From: Pavona decussata
Lineage: Eukaryota
NCBI GenBank assembly: GCA_977016875.1
Contig: CDRNST010000188.1
Span: 186,001 to 250,000, forward strand
DNA length: 64,000 nucleotides
Direction: 5' to 3'
Positions within the stretch are counted from its first letter, which is position 1; each line of letters starts with the position of its first letter. Positions 24,648-37,200 of the stretch are shown one piece after another. Under the pieces are notes generated by a model, which was not told where the DNA came from, did not search any database, and was given only the letters and a program-made list of their open reading frames with translations. Position numbers and translations under genes: made by a program.

Positions 24648-27600
24648 GAGGTTGATTACTGTTTCCTTTTCAGAAAGTGCTATAGTTTTTCTTGAGAGGA
24701 TAGCAGGAGAACTTGACCTTCAGTTTAAATGTATTAGGGTAAGATAATTTATGGATTAATGTGAAAGGGAAAATTGTGTGGACTAATTGGTTCCATAGGC
24801 TTTTTCCCTGAGTTTAAAAAAATCATATAATAAATAATGTGCAGAACAGTGTCAAGTTGATAATCAAGCTTTGGGATATTATAGATTAAGTGAATTCAAA
24901 ACAAAATGTTACTGTTAGTTATCTCTTAAATTTGTTTGGATTGAGGTTTGAATGATTCTTGTGTCATATTTTATACATGTTTTTTTTTTTCATAGCCACA
25001 AATGATTGTAATTTTGAGAGTGTATATAACACTGAATGTTCTCTTTTGTAGAATGACTGTGGCAGAGTTACAGTAGTTATTATAACCTGGGAAGGAAGCG
25101 ATCCTAGCTTGCCGTCCATAATGTTAAACAGTCACATAGATGTTGTTCCAGTGTTTCCAGTAAGTTCATTGGGTTGAAGAAGGAACCACCCCTTATCCAA
25201 TAACCTCTCATCCTCGGAGATCCAGGGGCAGATTGAGGCTGAAGACAAAATCAAAACGGGCGGGAAAAAATTTGACGAACAAAAGTATGGAAGAAAAATA
25301 AGAGCTTTTGTAGTTTGGCTCGTCAAATTTTTTCCCGCCCACTTGACTTTGTCTTCAGCCTCACTATCTGCCCCTGGGTCTCCGAGGATGATAACGTCTG
25401 AAAATTCCTCATGACATCAGTCTAGAACACTAGCATAATTGCAGATTGCTGATGGCAGATTGCTGATGACTTGAGATCGGCATGAAATTGGAGACTAAAT
25501 TTTAATTACTTTCACATTGATTTGCAGGAACATTGGACATATGAGCCATTTTCTGCTCACAAGACTGAAAATGGAAACATATATGCCCGTGGAACTCAGG
25601 TAATTTTTTAGTTTGTTCTAGTATAGCGCCCGCAGAGCTAAGATATTTTTTCTCTGCATTGTACGAACTCCCATTTCCTTACTGGGGCTAACACTCAGTG
25701 GGAAATTTATGGGTTCAAGCTATTTCGACAAAGGTTGACCAAAAAAAATAATAAAAGCGTACGTGACAATGCCGAAAGGTAGTCTGGGAAATACCCAGTA
25801 AATTTCAATAAAAGCTCAGAATCCATATTGCCCGCCATCTCAAGTCTTCACTGTAAGGTCAAGGCATTATGGATTTTGGACAACCTTTGTCGAAACACTG
25901 ATTGCTTAAATTCTAGTTAGCGACTTTTACATAATAATTTCAAATCTGAATTTATTTATTAAACAAATTCAATTTTGATGATGATGATGATGATTGTTCA
26001 TTTAATTTAATTATTATTTGTCTCAAAGATAGATTTTTAATTAATTATCAACTTTTAATTATATTATTTTTCATAATTTTCAGGATATGAAGTGTGTTGG
26101 CATTCAGTAGGTCAAAATTTTAATATTTAAATATTTATTTTTAAATTTTTATATTTAAAAAGTAATATTTTATAATTAACTTTCATTGTCTTCAGATGAG
26201 TGGGTCAATTATTGAAAATATAACTTTGTTTAAACTAATGTATACATTGCTTCAGTAAAGATCATGGTGAATTTATTAGAATTTTTTTTTTGACAATTTT
26301 GTATATTTTTTTACTTCAAGGTACATTGAGGCTATTAGAAAGTTGCGATACCAAGGAATAACCTTTCTTAGAACTGTCCATGTGACCTTTGTGCCAGGTA
26401 TGTTACTACTATTCTGGTCTAATGCCCACTACTACTACTATGAGAATGGAAACACATAGCTTTTTTTAAGATGGCAGTCAATGCTAGAAAAACCCTGAGG
26501 ATTACTTGGAATAATATCCATTTTCATATCATTTTTAAATTATTAACAACAGGATCATTGTATAATGCAATTCCACGGATTTGATTGGCTTAAGGGCCAT
26601 GGTTTATGAGCCATTATACCATGCCCCAAAAAGAGTGACCATTAAATTGTCTTCTTGTTGTTCTTGCAAAGTGAAATCAGCAAGATCTAGCAATATTTCT
26701 TGATTAAAACCATTATCCCCACTCACACTTGTTGGATATGAGATGATTATAGCCAACTCTGTGCTACGCACCTCTTTCAGGCTATCTATCATCTCATATC
26801 CAACACATGTTCATGGAAAATTGTTCAATATGACATGTACATTTATTTACACAGTTTATCTTCAATTTCACCCGCTGAGCAATTTAAAGAAGAAAAAGGA
26901 ATATCTGAATTTGTGAAGATGGATAAGTGGAAATCTAGAGTACCTATTTTTAAAATGTGGATGAATACCAGATACATCCTAAAGGTTACCTAGAGAATAT
27001 TCTTGATTAGTATATACCACACAAGTGAATAGTACTTTTCACGGGCGCTGATTGGCTAGCTCAGAGGTGATTAGCCAAGTACTATTAACCTCCGAGAAGC
27101 CAAAGAGAAACAAGATGGCTTCCCGTTTCGCCAGGGTTACTTAAGAGGAAATTATTTCGGTAAACAAGGCGGCTGTTGAAAAAAAATACATAAATGGCAA
27201 CAAAGTTTGGTTTGATGGCATCAAATGGTAACTTATTTAATCTTTTCAACCTCATATTCTAAAGCGAAAAATGAAAATACAATCCCTTGTTTACGAAAAC
27301 TGCCGAGCACTAAAATTACAATGAAAACAATGAAACATCTAGTAATATTTTTCAGCATGGTTTCAACAACGAGAGGAATTTCACAGAAAAATTGAAGAAA
27401 TGACACCGTAGGAACTAAACAAGTGTCTCCAAAAGTTTTATTTGTCTGCAAGAAAGCAAGACGGAAAAATCGCTTACAGCGTGGCATGCGAGATTTTAAA
27501 ATTTCACACCATTTGTCGGTATATTGTCAGAAGTAAAATATTATTTTTTGTGCACTAGTTATTCAGCTTGTGTGGTATATACTAAAACAATTATTCACCT

Positions 27601-30600
27601 CAGTGTTGGTGAAAGTGATCGATATTTACCTTGCCTCTTCGTGGCTCGGTAAATATCCATCACTTTTCACCTCCGCTTAGGCGAATAATTGTTAACTAGT
27701 AACCATACTTATAAAATAACATTTGTATCTTTTGTTTTGTATTTCACTAGATGAAGAAATTGGAGGAAAAAAAGGGATGGGTGAATTTGTGAAAATGGAT
27801 GATTTCAAGTCAATGAATGTTGGTTTTGCTCTGGATGAAGGTACACACATTTCATTTTTTTAATAATCAACTGGTGAGCAGGACGAAGTAACTATAACAT
27901 TGCTAGCTTTCAGTATTCCCTGATCAGTGTCATCTGACTATACAGATTTCATCAAAGGGTTTAACACATAAAGATAAACCTTGAAAGGACCTAGTTTTAT
28001 GTCTAACCTTTGCAGTGCAAATCACATTCAACTTAGGGTGATGCATGAACATCAAGACCACCAAAATCCTGTGTATCAGTTTTTACATACAATTCATACA
28101 CATACATGATCTTTATTTAAACACGATGGTTTCGTGTGACAGGCTGGACCGTTTAAAGTTTCTGGTCATGCATCTACATTTGGCGTCCAAAATGCTTAAA
28201 TATAATATTTTAATTGCTTTGCATTGCATTGAGGTTGTGAACTTCCAGAGTTCACATGTAATTAAAAGGCACTGATACTGCAACCTGTAACCTGTGTTAA
28301 GGGCGATTTACACGGTAAGACTTTGCCGCATGCGACAAGCTTACGTCAGGCCTACGACATGAATTCTTTTGTGTAAATCAAACCTACAACTTGCTTACGA
28401 CTGTCGTTTATGCACAAAAAATGTCATAGGATTTTAAAATCCTACGACAATCATAGGTATAGGCAATGTTGAGTGACAAGAGTTGCATGCGATTTTTTGC
28501 ATGACGCAAGCAGCACGAGCTCTGGAAATTGCATGCGACAGTCGTAAGCAAAACTTGTACCGTCTAAATCGGCCTTTAGAATGTAGGGCTCAGAGCATAA
28601 TGGACCTATGTCACATTTCAGGAGTTTTTGTATGTAGCCTGTTTTTGTATGTTTCATCTGCTGAATCAAGATTTTAGTTTTTATCACCAAACAAAGTGCA
28701 GATAAAACAATGGAGCAACATTTCCTGAAGGAATTCAAGGCCATACTGAAAACCTCTGGTAAATCTTAGCTAAAACAACAAAAAAGCAATCTGAAATGCA
28801 GTATAGGTCAGTTAAGCTCTGAGGCCTTCAATTGTACTCAGTCATTTTGTGAATATCACCAGGCCTTGCCAACCCAACAGAGGCATTTACAATATTTTAT
28901 GGAGAGAGAATTGTATGGTGTAAGTAGATGGCTTTATTTAAAGCTTAGAATCAATGTACGTTATTTGTGTTCAATTAAGTCTGGCTTATGTCTTGTCTCC
29001 TGTTTGATTGACGTGTACATAGCCTAAGCCAATAAGCTATTTAAGGCATGGGGACATTTGTACATGTACAAGTCACAGCAATTGTACACGCATAGTGAGC
29101 AGTTTAGCGTGGATTGCTTACCCACCATCCCTCTCCCATGGGAACATTATTGCCATTTTGCAGGCTTGTGTATCTTGGTTAATAAAGCCCTTTACCCCCC
29201 ATAACACGTGTGTTGTGTGAATGTTTTAGTTGTGATTCTACCAGAAGTAAAGAGATCATAAACTGCAGATCCAATTGACCATCGATGTCCAGAGGTCATA
29301 AGATGTGTGACAACACTCATCAGGGACCTGGACAGGCCAGGTGTAAATGTAGTTTGTATTGCATGCATGGTTTCATGAGAATTGACTGCATGCAGTTTAA
29401 GCCGCTGCTATCGATTTAACTGCTCCTTGTAGTATACAGGCTGGCAGTTTTCTATTAAAAGGACCAACCTTTAAGTCTGTATGATTTCTTTAAATGTGCA
29501 AGAGTTGCCTACATCCTCTGTATCTTATTGTCTGAGGAGACAATAATTTAATATAATTATAACAGGAGAATCCATGGGTGNNNNNNNNNNNNNNNNNNNN
29601 NNNNNNNNNNNNNNNNNNNNNNNNNNNNNNNNNNNNNNNNNNNNNNNNNNNNNNNNNNNNNNNNNNNNNNNNNNNNNNNNNNNNNNNNNNNNNNNNNNNN
29701 NNNNNNNNNNNNNNNNNNNNNNNNNNNNNNNNNNNTCTTAACCTATGTTCAAGGCACTTTACAGTCATGTAAACAACATCAAGTTTTAAGACCAATGTGT
29801 GCGGCCTCACAATATAATTTGGTGATTAAAAAAAAAAAACATTTTTAGGGCTGAAAGTAATATGCAAAGGTCCCCCTGGTCATGGATCCAGATTCATAGA
29901 AGAAACTGCAGGTGAAAAGATGGTCAGTATATAATGTGAATGAGTGTGTCAATTTATTGTAATATTTGGCAGGAGCATTTATCAACTACAATAACTGTTA
30001 CAATATATTTATTAGAATCACATTTATGGTAAATGGCAAACGTACTGCAAACGTGAGATTAGCACAAGTTGGATGAAGACATGTACGTAGATGAGAATAG
30101 TGCAAAGTAATTATCGCCTTTGATGCTAACATAAAACTACTCATATGAAGAAACTCAAAACAATGAGCAGCAGCAAATGTAGGATAAACAGGGTCACTTG
30201 GTTATTTCTGTCAACAACAACAGCAACAACAACATTAACTTTATTTTTACAAACTGAAAAAAGGCTAATAGGCTAATAAGCCCGCACACACACACCTACC
30301 CACACAAAATTAAATAACTAAATGAGCGAATAAATAAGATTAAATAATAGATCTGTCGTTTACTTAAACAAATCCTAACTCTCTAATGTGAATTGTACAG
30401 TAACATAATGCAACATTTCATTAAAAAATTAACTAATGTGTTGAAGTTATGGATGTCACCAACCAAATAATATTTATTTATAAATTATAATTATTATTGT
30501 TGTTTGTTGTACAAATCTCACCAGCAATTTTAATCTTGTTGATAATATTCTTCTGTGACTTAATGTAATCAAAGTACAAAATTGATAAACATTGTTAGCA

Positions 30601-31255
30601 TGATTACATCATCAGATTTGAATAAAAACAAAGACTTTCAGGGCTGTCATTAAGAGGCGGTGGCCGGGGATTTCCCCGGTTACTAAGAACGTGGCCCCCG
30701 GCTATTTTCATAGGAAAATAGAAGAAAAGTGGAACCAAAAGAAATTCCTAGCTGTTTGATTTCCTGCCTACTTGTTGTATTTATCCAGCAACTTGAAATC
30801 TTAGTGACAGCCCTAAAAGATTATTTTGTATAGAAATAAAATTCATGTATTTTGAACTGTGGGTGAAAGAATGGGTAATTAAGTCACCTCTGCAGTTCTT
30901 GAGTTATGAACACAAAGATAGCCAATGATCACATTTATTTTAAGATATTTATTTGGATAAATTAAGGACAGTGCCTACTATTGTACTATTGCGCATACGC
31001 TCTGCGCATCTTGAGATACTCGGGTTTCCTATGGATGGTGCCTACTAGTACAGGAATATGTTTGCGCTGTTTTAAAACTATTTGGAGAAAGTAGAGCTTA
31101 GCAAACGCTTTTGGTATCTCAAAAGAAAATTGGGGGTAACATGCATTTTTCAGAGATAATTAAGCTTCAATTTAGGAAAAAATCCCATACATTGGTTTAT
31201 ATTTTGGCGCTTTTTCGAGATATGATTGCTTAGTTATCTCTGAAAAATGCATAGT

Positions 31256-31286
<31 letters not shown>

Positions 31287-34200
31287 CCCTTGCTAAGATC
31301 TGCCTTTCCCGCATAGTCATAAACCGCACAAAAATGCTTCGGTATTAGTAGGCACCGTCCTTAAAGCTGTTTGGTAATTTTTTTGTCTTTCAGTGTAAAG
31401 TGCTTCAATCATTTTTTGCCTTCAGAGATGAACAGAAGAAGAGGTTTGATTAAGTTGTTCCTAAAAGTTGATCATTAAGCATTAAGATTTGTTGTTTCAA
31501 ATTGTGAAACTATAATAATTGTTTTGCTGAATAACTTCACAGAACTTTCAGTTCAGGTTTTGAGTTGACTATCCATAGTAGTAAAGTTGAAAACATCTGA
31601 TTATTATATAAACACCAATGAAATACCAGGTGAGCTTTCATGCAAAAACATGATAAATTGTTATCTTCACACATGAAAAGATCACCATTGCTATGGTTAC
31701 ATAATAAATTGCACCTTTTCCAATGATTTGGTATTTCATTACATAGCCACTTGGAGATACAAATTTTCTCTTCTCGTCTCACTTGAAGAGACATCTCTGG
31801 GCGGTCATGTAATATCCTCTATATATTTCATAACCACTTTGGCTTTTATTAATGTTCTAATGTTTTTCTATAGAAACAAATGTTGTCAGAGATATATACT
31901 CCCTGTATAATGTATAATTTTAGGTTGGATTCTAATCCTGACTTAAGATTGGGAGATGTGACAACGCTAAACTGGACAGTTGTAGAGGTACAAGTTTCAC
32001 AACTTTTTTCTATAGTGTCCTTTTTGCTAGTCTGTTATTCAGGGCTTAAGTCTGCATTGTGTCATTTTTTTCCCTTATAAAAGAAATCATACCCTGCATA
32101 ATTTCTCCATTTCTACCCTAGTGTAAAAAATTTAGTTTTAAATTCTCTGCCAGGTGGACAGCTGTCTCTGCCCAGTTCTTTCCGTTACATTGTACCTCAT
32201 ACAGTAGTGTCCACTTTGAGAGAGTTGACTTAAGATGGGTACAAACACATACTGTAAAGGAAACCTGACAAAATAAAATGGGGGGGGGGGGACCCTGCAA
32301 TGAGTTACTAGTGACTTGTCTGAATTCTTCTGACCTTATGATTTAGCTTGGGAGTACTTAAACTTTCACCTCATCTTTGCTAACTTGTTTAAAAAATCTT
32401 GAAGTGTGAAATTCACATAGTCATAAGTAAACAGAAGTCATAGCTAGATGAGGGAACGTGCAGGATTCTACTTTACATTAATATATTATTTTAATTGAAT
32501 CCCAGGGTGGAGTGCAACCCAATGTGATTCCATCTGAAATGTCATCAGGTATTGTTGTTAATAAGTTTGTAGTAAGTGACCGGTATGTTGGATTGTTCTG
32601 TACTCTACCTCCTAGTACATAAACAAGAAAATAAGCTGGGTAAGCGGTGTATATCAGCAAATCATATCAAGTCAGTTTTTCACTCTCACCTCTACATGTA
32701 GAGTCACAGGCTCCTCACAAGTCCCAAACAATGCTTTATGTTGATCTGTTGAACCACATAACCAGTTGAACAATAAAAGTCCCGTTCGCCGATTTGAATT
32801 TGCGAACAGGACTTTGGGCGTGATGTTCAACGAGTTTGCCTATAAATTCAGAAGGTCACTGAATAGTCTCTTGGCTGAGACGAAACGCCGCATCAGACTA
32901 GCCACAAACATTTCAACAGGAACGTCATGCTAGCTCACATGTAAGGCACTAATAATATATACAACGGAGCCCTTGGCTACTAACCTTACAAGATGGCGGG
33001 GATTTCGCGGCGGAATGTGTGTTTGTGCCTGTCCCTTGAAGGACTGCCTGCTGAAAACAAACTGGAGGCCTGTACTTGAACCCTTGAATGAGTTCTGTTG
33101 AAGACTAAAAGTAACAGTAAAAGTATTTCATTTGCATAAATGTTGGTTTATCAGCCACAGCTCCCCCCGGTTTTGACTGATCAAAGCCAAATTTGAAATG
33201 TAGCCATTTTAGGTGAAGACCTAACTAAAGTGCAAAATCTGGAGACCGGTTGGTCAAAACCAGGGGGATTTCTCCTGAAGGCCTAAAAATGGGGTATGAA
33301 CGACTGAGATAGGGTTTTTACTGGACCATAAGTCACGAAGTCACGTGATATTTGACAGCACCAGGTGTTAAAACCTCATGAATTGCGAGACATGAGAAAA
33401 AGCCATCTCGGCCATTTTGGATGTTTCAGAATAGTTACTATATATATATGACATAACAATAGTGAAAACTTGTTTTTAAGCTGATTTCTTATAGTGAAAC
33501 GCTACTCTTTACGGACTTTCGATAGACTTGAGTGTTGGCGAATTACCTCAGCGAGTCTAGTTTAGGCAGCGAGTAAGGCACTTTGGAAAACGCCCCTATG
33601 AACCCATGGCAGAGAAGAGCTGCGTGCGCCATTAATCAGTATTCAGGCACACTTCGCCGTGAGCAGGATGTCAGGAGTCAGGCCAGCAGGCAAAGCTAGT
33701 TTGAAAATCGTAGAGTGGAGTTCCTCGGACAGTATGACTTGCAGGATGCAAATGAGGCATCAATAATTAATACATAAGAAGCCCGCGACCTCAGAGATTA
33801 GTGTCTTCACAAGACCTGGTCATTCTGTTCAAAATGTAGGAAACTTGCCTCTCAGAAGCTACTGCCGTCATTCCGTACGCTAAATCCAGTGCCCATAGAC
33901 AGGAGTTGCAAGTGCGGGGAAGGTACATACTTGGTGCTGCAAGTAGATGACTTCCCCTTGCAGCTCCGGAATCTCTCTTTGGACGACATCCATGTGCTGT
34001 GCCCATTTGACATCCACTGTGGTGACTATCATTGAATGGTACACGGTTACAGGCAGATGACTGGGTCATTCTGCGTCACCTGGTCTGCCTTGACGGTGGA
34101 AGAAAAGGTTACTGCTATTGGAGAACTGGACAGGAGAAGGAAACTTCAGATGATATTCAACTTCCTGATGGAGAAGCGCGATAGTGCCTACGCTAAGTTT

Positions 34201-37200
34201 GTGATCATGCAGTGGCGAGGCATTAGCCAACCTTTTACTTATTAGATCTTCAGTGGTCCAGAGTATGAGGGCATCGAGTGCGCATTGTGGCCCAGTCTGC
34301 ATCATTCCACAGCCTTGTGCGAAAGCTTAATCCGAGGGCACAGCTACTGAGCCAGTGGGAAAATCAGCTTCATTCATAAGGTGCTTTCACCCATAGTGGA
34401 CTTCAGCCTGGACTTCCGAGATCCTCCAGTACCAGTATGATCAGAAGCTCTTCAAGACCATCACCGGCGCCATAAATTCTTCTAAGGCATCTGGGTGTAG
34501 CCCAAACTCCGGTCTTCAGGAAAAATATTTTTCTGTTACTGACTGGCAGTGGCAGCACCTTTGCCTCATGGATGCAGTACACCAGTACGGGTTTCCATCA
34601 TTTTCTCTCACCATCAGCCCATATGAGTGGACTTTTCTTTGGCCTGGCTTCATTCAGGACATCCGGGGTAGTCACTGCCTGGAACCTACCGATCTGCCTT
34701 GGAGACTCTCCATGTGGCCCATAACCCCTGAGGAGGTCGCCAGGGGCTATCTCACTGGTGCAAACTGCAACCGCTGGCGCCAGCACGTCTTTGGCCATAC
34801 ACAGAATCCAAAGGACAGTAATGTCATCACGTATTTCTACTGCTTTGAGTTTCAGTCGCGGGGAACCTTGCACCTCCACATGTTGGTCTGGGTTAAGGAC
34901 TTGTCTTTAATATGGCGAACCTCTTTCGCATTTCCATTCCTCGGGGGAACGCAAACGACACCCTCCTCGTTGCTGACACCCAGAAATCGTCTTCTTCCTG
35001 TTTGACACTGTCGAATGCACCTGACTCCTTCATTGTACGGCCTGACAGAACAACACATGAGGATGCCGACAGCAACCTTCGTGCATACTTCACGACACTC
35101 CTGGGTGCACTGCATTGTCGTACGAATGGCAGATGGCAAGGGCAACCTCTTAAAGTATGTCTTCCTATGTTACAAAAATGCACGAGTCAGCTATCAGTGA
35201 GGGCCTGTATTGCAGCGACGTTACTGGCTATCAGGCAGCAAATTCCTTTCTCCGAACAGTGCGTCTGTTGATATTCCAATTGACCAGCATTGAGGCAGCA
35301 TGGACGGATAAGCTGACCAAACACTTGACACCCCCCTAGCGTGGCCAGGAGAGCACCAATGTGGCCTATTAGTTATACCTCCAAAGAGATAGGCAGGACG
35401 AAGACCTCTCCTTTCTTCAATGGCTGCGTAGCCATACCATAGTGGCTAAGAAGAGCAAGTGCCTCAGGCAGGACAAGTACCTCGTTGCAGTGAAGTTTGT
35501 CTCTGTCTACAATCCAGTATGCTTTTTTCAACACCTGCTGGTCCACCATCCCCACCGTGATCCGGTTCACCTTAGACACCTGGAGGAGTCCTCCATGCCT
35601 TCTGCCATTCAATTCTTCTCTCAGGCTGTTACTCTTTGTCCACAGAACTGGACCATGATGTACCAAATCCTCCATCAGTTTAAGCATGAAGGCCATCGCA
35701 GCAGCTTCCTGACTACGCTGGTGACCTACGTAATTGCTCTTCATGACATCCTGTATCTCTGGCGGCGAAGAGTGCTGGACGGGCATATTGGATGCCTGCA
35801 GACCAGGTCCATTGAGTGCCTGTTTCTTTTGTCTCTGTTCCAGATGGCCATCTTCCGTGACATTGTTGACAGCCTGGCTCAACGCCAAAGAATTTTTGCA
35901 GCAGGGTGCAGGCGAATGTTCTTTCTTCTTCTTCCAACTCTGGCTGGGCCAAGTACAGTATTCTCTTGGGAAAACCTGGGACAGGAAAATCTCAGGTAGT
36001 CATCAGGGCCATTCACCATGCTCTGCAGCACGAAACATCTGTTCTTTAACTTTTAGCAGCTCCGTTGGTGCTTCTGGCACAGAGTTACTGAGCCATTTTC
36101 GGATTGGACTTGGAATGTGAAACTCTGCACGCCGCCTTCCACATCCCAGTGGACCCAAACCACAGCATGGATGTTAACTTTTCCTTGAACAAGTTTGACT
36201 TGGTTTTGATCGACAAGGCGTCTATGGTGTTTGCCTAGTCCTTTAATATCATTGCGGGCACGTTCAATCGACTCAACTGTCGTCCAGTTGTAGTGTTCGC
36301 AGGCGCCAAATGTCAACAACAGCCTCTTCAGACTGTAAACGGCAGGATCTCTACCACTGCCTCCATATTAAATGACAACACGTTCACCCACGGAAACTCA
36401 GTGAAACATGCGCTTTATCAGCAGTTCCGCATCGTTGACAGAGATTATGCAGCTTTTGTGGACCTTCTTCGTTACATGCAACCAACTCAGGAACAGTTGG
36501 ATGACTTCCAGCAGTCGGTTGTTCTTTGTCTGCCCGGATGCATAGATGACAAGCAGCTCTATTGCACCTTTGCAAACATTTCAGATACAGTAATCATGAC
36601 AGTATCCAGAGCAGCCGCGCAAAGGGTCAACAACATTGTGGTGCAGAAGCTGTTTGCAAACCGACAATCTCTGTTCAATGTCCCCTGTGCGGCAGTAGCT
36701 GATGGGCCAGACATCTTCCCCTACTGTGGCATGAAAATAGTAATCAACGAGAACAGGGACAAGACATCAAGAATTGTAAACAGCCAGGATGGCACAGTGG
36801 TCTCAAATCATGGGCACACCATCATAATTCAGTTTGCAGATGGGGAGCGCGCCTTTGTCTATCCTGTGACCCATGCAATGGAGGGACAGGGAGATGTCCT
36901 TTCACTCCAGCCTATGCCAGGATGATGCAAGTCCCAGGGACAAAACCTCAAGCATCTCCTGGTGTGGCTGGATTGTCCCACCGTACCACCTGGTCTCGCG
37001 TACGTCACCCTGTCCTGGGTCCGAAGAAAGTCAGACCTCTCTGTCATGCAGCGTATGGAAGCAAAACAGCTCAAGCGAGTCAATTGCTGATCTTCCAATC
37101 ATCTTGTCTTCCCTCGTGTCAAAACAGTGACTTCTTCAAGCTTCAACCATATTGTCTTCCTTTGTGTCTGCGAGTACTGCCTGTCCCAGTCAATTCTTGA

